Assembly (NCBI GenBank): GCA_938091905.1
Contig: CALKOM010000093.1
Coordinates: 1-61,424 of the forward strand
DNA from: an uncultured Verrucomicrobiales bacterium
GTDB lineage: Bacteria; Verrucomicrobiota; Verrucomicrobiia; Verrucomicrobiales; DEV007
Direction: 5' to 3'
DNA: 61,424 nucleotides
Shown here: one piece after another, positions 1 to 11,104 of the stretch
How positions within the stretch are numbered: the stretch's first letter is position 1
Layout: each line of letters starts with the position of its first letter
The notes under the pieces: generated by a model
The model's input: only the letters and a program-made list of their open reading frames with translations
What the model was told of the DNA's origin: nothing
Databases searched by the model: none
Program-made: the position numbers and the translations under genes

Positions 1-265
1 CCAAACGCCATGCATGCATTGCACAAACGATACAAAGCAACAGATCAAGCGCGAACAACCCAATCGTATTCGAGAACCCCGCCCGCGTTGAATTAAGCAA
101 CAACGTCACCACCGCAAGCGCGAGCAAACTAAACGACGCGCCCATCCAAAGAATACCGCGCCGAATATCGCCACAGTAAATCTGGCCCAGCCCTGGCAGG
201 AGGGCAGACATGCTGGCCGCATCCACAGGCTTACGGCGTTTCACTATCAATGTGTCTTTCTTCAT
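1..265 (-). CDS. Membrane protein with PGLGQIY motif, partial (runs off window start); possibly the N-terminus of a signal peptidase I-like protein
   Basis: Manual translation from ATG at 265: MKKDTLIVKRRKPVDAASMSALLPGLGQIYCGDIRRGILWMG..., followed by hydrophobic helices; open to the window edge; not in ORF track. Confidence 0.6.
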   Translation of the reverse strand, partial: MKKDTLIVKRRKPVDAASMSALLPGLGQIYCGDIRRGILWMGASFSLLALAVVTLLLNSTRAGFSNTIGLFALDLLLCIVCAMHAWRL

Positions 266-280
266 AATATAAGTCCTTCG

Positions 281-523
281 CTAGTTGTTGCTAAACAGGA
301 CAAAGTAGATCAGAAGGCCATAGCGACTGAACCCTACGACCGCTGCCAGGATCAAGACAGCAGCCTTGGCAAACAGTGCCAGTCGTTCGTATCGCGAAGG
401 CTCCGAGACCTCCGAACGAAGAGTGATGCCAGACATCACGCGATCAGCCATGGCCGCTGATGGCAGATACTCTCGTTTCTCGTCTAGCCATTCTGAATAA
501 GGATCATCCGGGTTCGTCTTCAT
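281..523 (-). CDS. Small membrane protein, putative anti-sigma factor
   Basis: 80 aa with a C-terminal TM helix, directly downstream of the ECF sigma gene (ATGA overlap with the reconstructed sigma end). Confidence 0.55.
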   Translation of the reverse strand: MKTNPDDPYSEWLDEKREYLPSAAMADRVMSGITLRSEVSEPSRYERLALFAKAAVLILAAVVGFSRYGLLIYFVLFSNN

Positions 524-1094
524 AGGTGGGTGCCTTTGAGTTCTTCATAGGTGGTGTGCAATGAATCGCTTAAAACCTGTTACGACTAAGCCGCGACTTT
601 ACGGTGCCAACAGCGAGGCCTTCGAGGCGAGCGATGTCGTCATGAGGGAGTTCTTTAATTTCGGCGAAGACAAAGACTCGCCGATGCTCATCAGATAGGC
701 TCGCCAACGCGGCGTCCAGGAAGCGAAAGGTTTCCAAACGCGTTAGCATCTCGTCAGGGTGCTAACCCCCGAGTAGGCTTGGCTCGGGCTCGGGAGGATC
801 AGCCATCAAATAAGGCGTCGCCTTCTTCATCGCATTGAAACACAGGCGTCGAGCAATAGTTACCAGCCAAACGGCAAACTTCCCCTTAGACTCATCAAAC
901 TGATCAAGCTTTTGGAAGGCTCTGACAAAGGTGTCCTGTGAAAGATCCTCCGTCCTCGCCCGGTCCCCAAGCAGGTGCAGGCAAATCCGGAAGACACTGC
1001 CCTGGTTTGCCTCAACCAACACACGAAATACCTCGCGATCTCCGGCACGGATCCTCCGGATCAGTTGGTTTTCGTCACCAGGGAAAGACGTCAT
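520..1094 (-). pseudogene. ECF RNA polymerase sigma-70 factor, disrupted
   Basis: Region 2 (EDLSQDTFVRAF...WLVTIARRLC), then in-frame TAG at 762-764, then region 4 in the same frame (LASLSDEHRRVFVF...GTVKSRLSR); a second lesion (frameshift near 580) separates the tail QVLSDSLHTTYEELKGTHL* ending at 520. Confidence 0.85.
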
Positions 1095-1189
1095 CACCCT
1101 TCTATCCAGTAGTGCGCACCCAAAGGTTCCCAACTTTCTCTACGAAGACTCCAGTTGCTCGCATCCCGATCTAGGTGACGGTCGAGGCC

Positions 1190-1882
1190 ATGAAGCCCTA
1201 TGTGAAGCTCGCCGAAGCCAAGTTGCCCAATGGCACCCTCTTCTCACTGCACAAACACGACGGGAACTTCTACCTCAAGAATGATCGTTTGGATCTGATG
1301 AGTACTGCTCTCACCCACTCTGAGCAGATGTTAGCAGAGAAAGGCTGCGCCAAGATTATCGTCGGCCATGGCAAACGACCGGAACATCCCAAAGTTCTTA
1401 TTGGTGGTCTAGGCATGGGCTTTACCCTCAAACGTGCCCTAGAGATCATTGGCAAACCGGCGACGGTTGAAGTCGCTGAGTTGGTCGAAGAGATTGTCGC
1501 CTGGAATCGCACGTTCCTAGTCGAGCACAACGGCCCGTTGCTGGAAGACGAACGGACCACGATCTACCAAGGTGATCTCTTCGACTGCCTGGCTCAAGAC
1601 GGGCGCAAGGGCTACTACGATGTCATTCTCATCGATATTGACGACGCCCCTGACATGCTCATCACGCCGGGCAATTCCCGTCTCTACACACCTGACTTCT
1701 TAGCCAAGACTCGCGAGGCACTGGCTCCGGATGGATGTGTCGCCTATTGGTTAGCAGAGCCGACGCCGAGCTTCGAGACGAGCCTCATCAAGGCGGGTTT
1801 CCGGGTCGAAGCCACGCCGGCAAAGCCTCACGAGAAATCGAAACGCCCACGCCACTGCATCTATGTAGCACGCCCCAAGTAG
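1190..1882 (+). CDS. Spermidine synthase-like SAM-dependent methyltransferase
   Basis: VLIGGLGMGFTL SAM-binding motif and YDVILIDIDDAP; ATG at 1190 preferred over GTG at 1175. Confidence 0.8.
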   Translation: MKPYVKLAEAKLPNGTLFSLHKHDGNFYLKNDRLDLMSTALTHSEQMLAEKGCAKIIVGHGKRPEHPKVLIGGLGMGFTLKRALEIIGKPATVEVAELVEEIVAWNRTFLVEHNGPLLEDERTTIYQGDLFDCLAQDGRKGYYDVILIDIDDAPDMLITPGNSRLYTPDFLAKTREALAPDGCVAYWLAEPTPSFETSLIKAGFRVEATPAKPHEKSKRPRHCIYVARPK

Positions 1883-1885
1883 TCT

Positions 1886-3775
1886 CTACTTATTGGCAAC
1901 AAAGTGAAGCACTCGCATCGCATCGCCTCCATGCTCTGGATCCGTTGACACTCTCAGCTTGAGGTGGTGTTCGCCAGACTTGAGATCTGCTGCGAACATT
2001 ACCGTCCGAGGATAGTGCAGGCCTTTGCTATGACGATGATAGAGTGGAACCGATTTCCAGGCACCACCATCAATCGAGAATTCCGCCACACCCGCGTCAG
2101 GACCAGCAAGCACATAAGCCCCAACAGCCCTACCCGTGAATTCTAGAGACAGTGGCTCATCCGATGCCGCGAGTGAGAGAAGGGAAACATCCCGGAAGCG
2201 CGTCCGACAATTTCCCTGGAGCGCTTTCCATTCAGGAATCGTCAGGGAACCACCCTTCACTGCCTTCATATCAATGAAGTAACCGTGGGCGTAGCTCCTC
2301 GGATCTAGAGGCCCAGGCAGCGCTCGCGCCTTCCCTTCGACTCGCGTAGACTCGAGAAGCTGCTCGATCAGATCCGCACAAAGACGATTCCCGTAGGGCG
2401 CGGGATGCGTGCCACCGAACTGCTTCCAGGTGAGACGCTTGTCGCTGATGCGATCGGCAATCTCTCCCGCCAAATGGATCGTCGGAATCTGATAGTGCTT
2501 GGTAACCTGATCGTGGGCGGCAATGGAGACAGCTGGCTTAGCTGCCTGCAACGCTTTGAGAATAGGCGGATTGACGAAATAGGTTACTACGATGTCCATG
2601 TCAGGATTCGCGCGATAGGCATTCCGGACGACTCCTTCTAGCCCACGAATGCATTCGCGCTCGGCATGTTTACCGTCTTGATCATCATTCACCGCGAATT
2701 CCACGAAGAGAAGATCGACCATTCCTTTCGACAACACATCGGCGTCCAGGCGAAAGGCACCGGTGGTCGAGCAAGTGGACGAAATCCCCGCCGCAGTGAA
2801 CGTGAACGCGGTCTCAGGGAAACGTTCTTCCAGCAGGTCACCTACCATGGGTCGATACCCATTCATCTCTGTGATGGAGCCGCCGATGAAAGCGACATGC
2901 CCAACCTTCTCTTGTCGAAACTTGGACGACGAGCGCGCCAATCCCGACCGCACCAAGACACGAGGGCTATGTGCTCTTACTGAAAGCGCTTTGCTAGTGT
3001 GACGATGAATGAAATCCACAATCGACTTCGGATCTTCCAAGGCGTGCGGATGATGCCCCACACCCGGCTTTCGAATCACCTCAATTGAGCCTCCCAGTTC
3101 ACGGTACCGTTTCTCAATGACATCCGAATTCTCTTCAACTGGAACAACCACATCGGCTTCGCCCACGACGTGCAGCAGCGGAATACCCGCCTTGGCCAGG
3201 GGCGCCAACTGATCAATCGGGCTCCCCTTGTAGATTGACGCACTTTCTTCGTCTAGGCCATGGGCAGCCATGGCCTGTGTCCAATCACCAGAACTCCCTT
3301 TGCCTTTCCATTTCCCTCCTGGCCAACTGCGGAGATCACAAACAGGCGCGTCACCATAAAGACAGGCTACCTTGTCCGGATTCTTCGCCGCCCAATTGTA
3401 GATGATCAGCCCACCCCGACTCATGCCTTCCAGAGCCACCTTCCTCGCAAGATCGTACTTGCCCACAACATGCACGTAGAATTTATCCCAATGCGCCACC
3501 GCTTCCGCATTTCCAAATAGAGCTCCTACATCACAGTAGGCCAGGTGATAGCCTTTACTTAGCAAAGCGATATCAGCCTGTGGTTCGTGACCAAAGAAAC
3601 GTGCCCTCCAAACCCAAGGCCGACCCGGCGCCGCTTCTTGCGGAGCAACGAGAATGCACTTTTGATCGCCCACTATAAAATCGTAGCGATCAGAGCCATG
3701 CCACTGGGTCATTTCCCCCTCGTAAGCGGAAAGCGAATTTGTCAGGAGAACGAGTAGGAAAAGGCAGCGCTTCAT
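1886..3775 (-). CDS. Secreted alpha/beta-hydrolase + SGNH/GDSL esterase fusion
   Basis: Signal peptide MKRCLFLLVLL; GMSRGG nucleophile elbow and GHHPH; second domain with FIGGSIT, EFAVND and GGTHP; the ORF-track start at 4012 looks too long. Confidence 0.85.
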   Translation of the reverse strand: MKRCLFLLVLLTNSLSAYEGEMTQWHGSDRYDFIVGDQKCILVAPQEAAPGRPWVWRARFFGHEPQADIALLSKGYHLAYCDVGALFGNAEAVAHWDKFYVHVVGKYDLARKVALEGMSRGGLIIYNWAAKNPDKVACLYGDAPVCDLRSWPGGKWKGKGSSGDWTQAMAAHGLDEESASIYKGSPIDQLAPLAKAGIPLLHVVGEADVVVPVEENSDVIEKRYRELGGSIEVIRKPGVGHHPHALEDPKSIVDFIHRHTSKALSVRAHSPRVLVRSGLARSSSKFRQEKVGHVAFIGGSITEMNGYRPMVGDLLEERFPETAFTFTAAGISSTCSTTGAFRLDADVLSKGMVDLLFVEFAVNDDQDGKHAERECIRGLEGVVRNAYRANPDMDIVVTYFVNPPILKALQAAKPAVSIAAHDQVTKHYQIPTIHLAGEIADRISDKRLTWKQFGGTHPAPYGNRLCADLIEQLLESTRVEGKARALPGPLDPRSYAHGYFIDMKAVKGGSLTIPEWKALQGNCRTRFRDVSLLSLAASDEPLSLEFTGRAVGAYVLAGPDAGVAEFSIDGGAWKSVPLYHRHSKGLHYPRTVMFAADLKSGEHHLKLRVSTDPEHGGDAMRVLHFVANK

Positions 3776-4444
3776 CACTCTATTTAGCAGTGTCGCCTGC
3801 TTCTCGGCAATGTTTAGTCGATCACCTTCAACAGTAGCAGACAGGCCTTTCCAATAGCAACTCGCTTGCGTGCTATACACGACAAAGGCACCCATCACAT
3901 CCGCCTCATCAAATATGGCTCCACGATTGGCTCTGCTAGAGCGAGCAATTCCAAACCAAAGAGGGTCGATAGGCAAGAAAGGTAGCAACGCATCTTTTGA
4001 GCCTACCTTCAATTAGCCTGACTTCCAAGCGCTACGCCCTGCTCGAGATTGCGCGGATAGACGGGTCGTCCGACGGGGCTTATCACGTAGCTGTGGGTAA
4101 GTCAGGACGAAGTCGCTCCTTCTCGAGGCCCTACCAAGCGAGACCACGGATCGGGTCACCTGTTGAATCAGCGAGAGAAGATTTCCCAATCTACTTGTCC
4201 CAAGGCCCGTCTCTTACCCGGTCTCTTTGGGGCGGCGTTTGCATCAGCCGAGACAACACGGACACGGAATAAACCACGGGCCAGACAGGCAACAAGGGCA
4301 CGGCGAGTTTGAGACAGCGAAGCCCTGAAAGCTCGACCTATTCTAGAAACCATTGTCCCCAGGGCAAAGGATCTGGGTTCATCTTTACAAGGCCCACTCC
4401 GGGTGGAAGGATGCGCCGATTTCCGTCCGCGACGGACCTTTGCT

Positions 4445-7400
4445 ATGCCGAAAGACGAGAGTATTCAGAAGATTCTACTGATTGGTGCTGGCCCGATTGT
4501 CATCGGCCAGGGCTGCGAGTTCGACTATTCCGGGGTGCAAGCCTGCAAGGCGCTCCAAGAAGAGGGCTATGAAGTCGTGTTGGTGAATTCCAACCCGGCG
4601 ACGATCATGACCGATCCGGAGTTCGCCACCCGCACTTATATCGAACCGATCACGCCAGACGTGATCGAGAAGATCATTATCAAGGAGAAGCCGCAGGCGC
4701 TCTTGCCAACGCTCGGTGGGCAAACGGCCCTCAATGCTGCGATGGAACTCGTCCGGACGAATCGCCTCGAGCCTCACGGCGTGAAGCTGATCGGTGCCAA
4801 AGCTGACGCGATCGAACGTGGTGAAGATCGCTTGCTGTTCAAGGAAGCCATGATTCGCATCGGTCTTGATGTGCCTGTGTCAGAAGTCGTCCACAATATG
4901 GCCGAAGCCGCCGAGGCGGCTGCTAAGATCGGGCGCTTCCCTCTCATCGTGCGCCCAGCTTACACGCTGGGCGGTGCCGGAGGTGGCATCGCTTACAACA
5001 AAGAAGAGTTTGAAGAAATCGTCCGACACGGCCTCGATCTCTCTCCAGTAACCGAAGTCCTCATTGAGGAGTCTTTGTTAGGCTGGAAGGAGTTCGAAAT
5101 GGAAGTCATGCGTGACCGCGCAGACAACTGTGTGGTTATCTGCTCGATCGAGAACTTCGATCCGATGGGCGTTCACACAGGAGACTCCATCACCGTGGCT
5201 CCGATCCAGACGCTGACGGACAAAGAGTACCAGCTCATGCGTGACGCGTCCTTTGCGGTCATCCGAGAGATCGGTGTGGAAACAGGGGGCTCTAACATTC
5301 AGTTCTCCATCGATCCCGAGACAGGACGGATGATCGTCATCGAGATGAATCCCCGGGTGTCCCGTTCTTCCGCACTCGCGTCCAAGGCCACGGGGTTCCC
5401 GATCGCCAAGATCGCCGCTAAGCTCGCTGTCGGATACACCCTCGACGAACTGCCCAACGACATTACCAAGGAAACGCCGGCCAGTTTCGAACCGACCATC
5501 GACTATGTTGTCACCAAGGTGCCACGTTTCACCTTTGAGAAGTTCCCCAACGCCGATCCGACCCTGACCACCATGATGAAGAGCGTGGGCGAGGCCATGT
5601 CCATTGGCCGGACCTTCAAGGAGTCGATGCAGAAAGCGCTCCGCTCGCTAGAGATTGGCCGTTTCGGCTTTGGATTCGACGGCAAACAAAGCGATCTCTC
5701 CATTGACGCGATCAAACGCAAGCTCAGTGTCCCATGCGCCGAACGTATCTTCTTCGTCGGCGAAGCTTTCCAGCGCGGCCTAACCGAAGAAGAAGTCTTT
5801 GCGCTTTCGAAGATCGATCCTTGGTTTCTCCGTCAGCTCAAGACGATTGTGGACGAAGGCGTGGCGTTGCAGAGCGCGAAGGAGATCAATTACCGTAAGG
5901 CAAAGAAGTTGGGCTTTTCAGATCGCCAGCTAGCTACTTTAACCGATCACACCGAAGCAGAAATCCGCGCCGAACGCAAAGAAGCTGGTGTCATCCCGAC
6001 GTATCGGTTGGTCGACACCTGTGCCGCAGAATTTGAAGCAGCCACCCCTTACTTCTACTCCACTTACGGCGATGAGAATGAAGCGCGCGGTGGGGACAAG
6101 AAGAAGGTCATGATCCTCGGTGGCGGGCCTAACCGAATTGGTCAGGGAATCGAGTTTGACTACTGCTGCGTGCACGCGGCCTTTGCACTGAAAGAGCTCG
6201 GGTTTGAGACCATCATGGTCAACTCCAACCCGGAGACCGTATCCACTGACTACGACACGAGTGACAAACTTTATTTCGAGCCACTCACGCTCGAAGACGT
6301 GCTCAACATCTATGAGCAAGAACAATGCTGGGGTGTCATCGTCCAATTCGGCGGCCAGACGCCTCTAAACTTGGCCAAGGATCTCGAAGCTAACGGCGTC
6401 CCTATCATTGGCACGTCACCCAAGAGTATTGAACTTGCCGAAGACCGCGAGTTCTTCTCCAAGCTACTCGATGACCTCGGTCTCAAGCAGGCTCCCGCAG
6501 GCACGGCCACGTCGAAAGAAGGCGCTCTCGAGGTCGCCGGGCACCTCGGCTATCCGGTGCTTGTCCGTCCGAGTTTTGTCCTCGGCGGTCGCGCCATGAA
6601 GATCGTCTATGATGATGCCGAACTCGCGCATTACATGGAGTCGGCTGTCGAAGCCAGCCCGGAACGCCCCGTGCTCGTGGATCGTTTTCTCGATGAAGCC
6701 ACTGAGATCGATGTCGATTGTATTAGCGATGGCGAAACCTCCATCATCGGGGCCATCATGGAGCACATCGAACAAGCGGGTGTCCACAGTGGAGACAGTG
6801 CCTGTGTTATCCCCGCCTTCAGCCTAAGCGACAAGATTCAGGCAGAGATCACGACAGCGGCTAAGGCACTCGCCAAAGCGTTAGAAGTTCGGGGTCTCAT
6901 GAACATCCAATTCGCGGTCAAAGACGACGATCTCTACGTCATCGAGGTCAACCCTCGTGCCTCGCGCACGGTGCCGTTTGTCAGCAAATCCACAGGGGTC
7001 CAGTTGGCTAAACTCGCCGCCAAGATCATGGCCGGCAAAACATTAAAAGAGTTAGGCTTCACCAAAGAAGTCATGCCACCTCACTACTCGGTCAAAGAAG
7101 CCGTTTTCCCCTTCATCAAGTTTCCTGGCACTGACATCACACTCAGCCCAGAGATGAAATCCACCGGAGAAGTCATGGGCATCGATTCCAATCTCGGCAT
7201 GGCCTACGCCAAGTCCCAGATGGCGGCTTCTGCAGCGCTCCCGATGAAAGGCAATGTCTTCATCAGCGTCTCAGATCGTCAGAAAACACAGATTGGTGAG
7301 ATCGCCAAAGGCTTCCACGAACTCGGGTTCAAAATCTTCGCCACTGACGGCACCGGCAGAGTGTTAGGTGACACCCCATTCACCGCGCTTCCCAAGCTCC

Positions 7401-7633
7401 ATGAAGGGCGCCCAAACGTTCTCGACATGATGAAAAACGGCGAGGTCCAGCTCATCGTGAACACGCCCGATGATCGCGAGACCAAAGAAGACGCCGTCAA
7501 GATCCGCAGCGTCGCCACTTCCAATCGCATCCCGATCATGACGACCCTCAGCGCCACCAAGGCCAGCCTAGAAGCCATCCGCGCCCTGCAAGACCAAGAC
7601 TTTACAGTCGTGCCGCTGCAAGACTATCATTGA
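4445..7633 (+). CDS. carB: Carbamoyl-phosphate synthase large subunit
   Basis: [18 protein letters not shown], duplicated ATP-grasp domains, [10 protein letters not shown]-terminal MGS domain. Confidence 0.99.
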   Translation: MPKDESIQKILLIGAGPIVIGQGCEFDYSGVQACKALQEEGYEVVLVNSNPATIMTDPEFATRTYIEPITPDVIEKIIIKEKPQALLPTLGGQTALNAAMELVRTNRLEPHGVKLIGAKADAIERGEDRLLFKEAMIRIGLDVPVSEVVHNMAEAAEAAAKIGRFPLIVRPAYTLGGAGGGIAYNKEEFEEIVRHGLDLSPVTEVLIEESLLGWKEFEMEVMRDRADNCVVICSIENFDPMGVHTGDSITVAPIQTLTDKEYQLMRDASFAVIREIGVETGGSNIQFSIDPETGRMIVIEMNPRVSRSSALASKATGFPIAKIAAKLAVGYTLDELPNDITKETPASFEPTIDYVVTKVPRFTFEKFPNADPTLTTMMKSVGEAMSIGRTFKESMQKALRSLEIGRFGFGFDGKQSDLSIDAIKRKLSVPCAERIFFVGEAFQRGLTEEEVFALSKIDPWFLRQLKTIVDEGVALQSAKEINYRKAKKLGFSDRQLATLTDHTEAEIRAERKEAGVIPTYRLVDTCAAEFEAATPYFYSTYGDENEARGGDKKKVMILGGGPNRIGQGIEFDYCCVHAAFALKELGFETIMVNSNPETVSTDYDTSDKLYFEPLTLEDVLNIYEQEQCWGVIVQFGGQTPLNLAKDLEANGVPIIGTSPKSIELAEDREFFSKLLDDLGLKQAPAGTATSKEGALEVAGHLGYPVLVRPSFVLGGRAMKIVYDDAELAHYMESAVEASPERPVLVDRFLDEATEIDVDCISDGETSIIGAIMEHIEQAGVHSGDSACVIPAFSLSDKIQAEITTAAKALAKALEVRGLMNIQFAVKDDDLYVIEVNPRASRTVPFVSKSTGVQLAKLAAKIMAGKTLKELGFTKEVMPPHYSVKEAVFPFIKFPGTDITLSPEMKSTGEVMGIDSNLGMAYAKSQMAASAALPMKGNVFISVSDRQKTQIGEIAKGFHELGFKIFATDGTGRVLGDTPFTALPKLHEGRPNVLDMMKNGEVQLIVNTPDDRETKEDAVKIRSVATSNRIPIMTTLSATKASLEAIRALQDQDFTVVPLQDYH

Positions 7634-7639
7634 GACATT

Positions 7640-9963
7640 CTAATTGAACCGAAACCTGGCTCTAACATACTTCTGATTCGAGCTATTCACTATTCTAGCT
7701 CGAGCCTGCGTCGCAGAGATTTCCGTTTTGAGGGTTCTCCAGACTCGCATGTCAGTTGAGATCTGAAACTCTAAGCGAGTGCCTAAAGGCATTGCCGGAT
7801 ACGACAACTCAACATCGCGCTCCTCGCACCCAGTAACAATTTGGAGGCCCAAAGGGCGAGCTGCACTATCGATTGGAGATGTCTCGCCTGGGGTACTCGT
7901 ATCTGAGTCATGATCCCCCTTCGCGTAGAGCAACCAGCGAAAGCGGAAAGCCGCTGTAGCTGAAGAACCAACCTGGGCGTTCTCAGCGTCATAGTAATAG
8001 AGCGCTTTGGAGGTCCCGTTAGCGGCGCCTTCACGGATCGCCACCGCTGGACTCACAGGAAGACCATACACAGCGTCCGCTGAGAACGTGTCGACAGCCC
8101 CGGTGTGTTGTAGCGCTTGATTTCCCGCCAACGTCAACCTCTAAAACGCTCCACATGATCTCCCTCCATGAGGAGCGCAGCCAGCCCAACGCCGTGGCCA
8201 TTTCCCGCGCGAAAGGATAGGCCAACGTTCGACGTGTCTTCGCCCTCCCCACCTTTGGCTTCGTTATTGAGAAAGTGGACGCGCTGCAGTCGTACTGTTG
8301 CTCGGGATTCCACAAAGAGGGCACCACCAAGACCCGCAGCACCACCACCAGGCCCGCCCCAGCTTCCTCCGCCACCCCCAGGAAATCCGACAGAACCGGT
8401 TCGAACCACCTTGGGGATGGCGTAGCCCTGACTTCTATCACCCTTTCGCCCCGCGTGACCATTGCCAGCAGCAAAGCCACCCAAGCCCAGCGCTCCTACT
8501 GCCTCACCAGCTCGAGCGGTGCCGTACTCCGGTTCGTCGTCCTTATTTCCACCGCTGCCACCACCTGATCCGCCGCCACCACCTGATCCGCCAGCGCCGA
8601 AGCCTCCGTGCCCCCATAGCCACCTCCTCCCCCGAAGCCGCCTTTGCCTGCGATCCCGGCATCCCACCAAATAGCCCCACCACCACCACCACCTGCTTCT
8701 GAAGAACCTCGCGTTCCCTGGCCAAAGCGAAAGCCATGCGTTCCGTTCGCGCCGGCGGCACCGTTGCCACCACTATATCATGGAGTGCCATCGCGGAAAT
8801 TGCCGCGCCCGCCACCAGTCGCTGAACCGACCGACTTCCCAGTCCCAGCGCGAACATCGATCGTCGAGCCAATGAAGGGGGTGTAATAGATCCCACCACG
8901 GTCGCCATGACCGCCAACAGGACCGAAGGCATCGCCACCGCTCCCGCCAAAGGCAGTGTTCCCCTCAAACGTGACGTCCTCGGCCGAGAGATGCCCTCCG
9001 TAAACCACAAAGACCGCACCACCAAGCCCCGGATGACCACCACGCCCCGCGCTTCCGTTCGGCCCGTCGCCGGAACCATCACGTATGAGGAGATCTTTTA
9101 GAATCAACGTCGCCCCAATATCGACAACAAAGGGACGCCCCTCTCCTTTCGCATCGATAGGCCCCTTGAATCTTCACACGGCTCCGGATTACCACAGGAG
9201 CGAAGTCGAGCCCATTCGTGGCCACGGTTATGTTTGATAGGCCTGACATGTCCACTAACACACAGGCAGCCGGATCCGCCTCAGAGATTGTGTTGGCTTG
9301 GGCGAAGGCACTCCAAAGACTAGTTAAAGTCCCGCTGGCCAATGTCAGTGTATGCGTTGGGGCGGCATCTTCATCGGTTAGGCGCTCAAGAAGAGTCACA
9401 GGACTCATTGCTTCACTGACATTGGCAACTCGGAGATGACTCGACTCGTCACCGATTCTCCTTGTCATCGGATGGTAAGCCAACAGGCGCGGATCCGCGA
9501 TCTCAGAGGTGGTTAGGTCGCGTGTGTAACGTCCGGCGATGGCTGCGCCGACATAGAAGAAGCCACTTCCCGAGAACGCCGTTGCGGCAGGTTCTGCGGC
9601 TAGGGTTCCATTGCGGAACAACCGCTGCGTCCCGCTCTCGGCATCGTAGACACAAGCCCAGTGCACCCATAGTCCAGCATCGGCGGCGGCCACGTTCAGC
9701 GTGTTGCCAGCATAGCGAAAGCTGAACTCGCGCCCACTGGTGTAGCCAATCGAGAGACTGTCATAGAGGATGGGCCAACTCGCAGAGGAGGTTTGATCCG
9801 TCCGCACCCACAGCTCAATCGTGAAAGACCGATTGGAAAGATCCGGGGCGATCGAGGCCGGATAGCGCAAATACTGGCCAGTGCTAAAGTCCGCATAGCC
9901 ACGAGCCTCGCCATTTCCGACAAGTGCCAGGAACAAACTAACAAAGATAATTGAGAAACGCAT
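7640..9963 (-). pseudogene. Secreted LamG-like / glycine-rich protein, broken into at least four pieces
   Basis: Signal peptide + LamG (FTIELWVR, WVHWACVYD); frameshift near 9160; GLGGAVFV Gly-rich blocks; in-frame TGA at 8778-8780; frameshift at the G-run near 8611-8615; frameshift near 8137; C-terminal STDMRVW...YVRARF module. Confidence 0.75.
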
Positions 9964-9975
9964 AAAACGGATTAG

Positions 9976-11019
9976 TTAGAAGTTCTCGGGCGCCTCGATG
10001 CTTGGCGAGATACGCGGTTGTTTAAAGAAGGTGAACGTTCCTGCTCGTAGCGGAAATGTGAGATATGTTAGTTCCGGCACGCTCGTCGTGATCGAGAAGG
10101 TTCCTTCAACGCGTCTGTTCGTCACGGCATCCCCCGCCGCTATCCAGGTTAAGGTCATCAAGGTGTCCGCTTGATAGATCGTATCACTCGCGGGCACGGT
10201 GAAAGTGACTTCGCCATTGAAAGCGGATTCAGCGTCCACGAAGCTTGTCATGGGCCAGCAACCGACTGCCTGAGCCGGATTCATCGGGATGAAACTCGTG
10301 GTCTCGGCCTTAAGACAATGCGTGCTACCACCGCTGCCCTCAGTGAGTTCTAGTGAAATCGGAATCGTCTTGTCTTCGCCCGTTGGTTCCAGCAGGCCTA
10401 ACCAAACGGCATCATTGTCTTCGATGACGACTGTGAGCGGTTCACCCACCGCCACGGTCCTCGCCGCGATGGTCCCATCGGTTGAACTCAAGGTTACCGT
10501 GACGTGATGTAGAATCGTGCTTTCTTCATCTTCGGGCACCATGACCGGAATCACGCCAGTGAGGCCATCAACTATGACCGAAACGGTTTGGGTCGCCGTC
10601 CCGTTTGAGAACTCCACAACATACTGCAGCGTCCCTTGAAACGGTTTGGAAAACGTGACGACGACGCCTGAAGCGTCTCCTTCCACAGCACTGCTGGCCG
10701 TTTCCAAGGGAACACCATCCTTGAGAATGCGGTAGAACAGCCGCTCGGCACTTTCCGTTACGGGTAACACTACCCGCCAATTTCCATCGCCCAGATCTTC
10801 CAGAGCAGCATCGCCAAAGAGCCGCCATTCATTCGTATCCAGACCTGGATTCACCTCCACGTTGAGGCGATTCCGCTCCACTTCTGGAGAGACTTTGAAG
10901 TCCACTTGCGCCAAGGTCATAGAGACCCAGGTAAGCGCTGCAGTCTCTATATCATCTGGAGCCTGCCCCCACAGAGACGGGCTGATGGCGAGGAGTAGAG
11001 AGAAAATCAGTCGTTTCAA
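9976..11019 (-). CDS. Secreted hypothetical protein (beta-rich, Calx-beta-like segment)
   Basis: Signal peptide; acidic beta-strand-rich sequence; VVIEDND motif. Confidence 0.65.
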   Translation of the reverse strand: MKRLIFSLLLAISPSLWGQAPDDIETAALTWVSMTLAQVDFKVSPEVERNRLNVEVNPGLDTNEWRLFGDAALEDLGDGNWRVVLPVTESAERLFYRILKDGVPLETASSAVEGDASGVVVTFSKPFQGTLQYVVEFSNGTATQTVSVIVDGLTGVIPVMVPEDEESTILHHVTVTLSSTDGTIAARTVAVGEPLTVVIEDNDAVWLGLLEPTGEDKTIPISLELTEGSGGSTHCLKAETTSFIPMNPAQAVGCWPMTSFVDAESAFNGEVTFTVPASDTIYQADTLMTLTWIAAGDAVTNRRVEGTFSITTSVPELTYLTFPLRAGTFTFFKQPRISPSIEAPENF

Positions 11020-11104
11020 GGCGATGGTGAGATGGGTTCACCGCCTTGCTAAGGCATCTGTCCGGCCGAAATGTCGCCGGTTTTAAAGAAACTTCATCCC
11101 GACG

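Noticed and set aside
762..764. Pyrrolysine or amber read-through in the sigma factor
   Set aside because: A second, frameshifting lesion exists near 580, and TAG terminates many genes here; a pseudogene is simpler
3776..4444. Riboswitch or pyrimidine/arginine attenuator upstream of carB
   Set aside because: No recognisable aptamer or terminator could be identified by eye; an Infernal/Rfam search would be needed
8778..8780. Selenocysteine at the in-frame TGA in the Gly-rich gene
   Set aside because: No Cys-like motif context, and the gene has three further frameshifts
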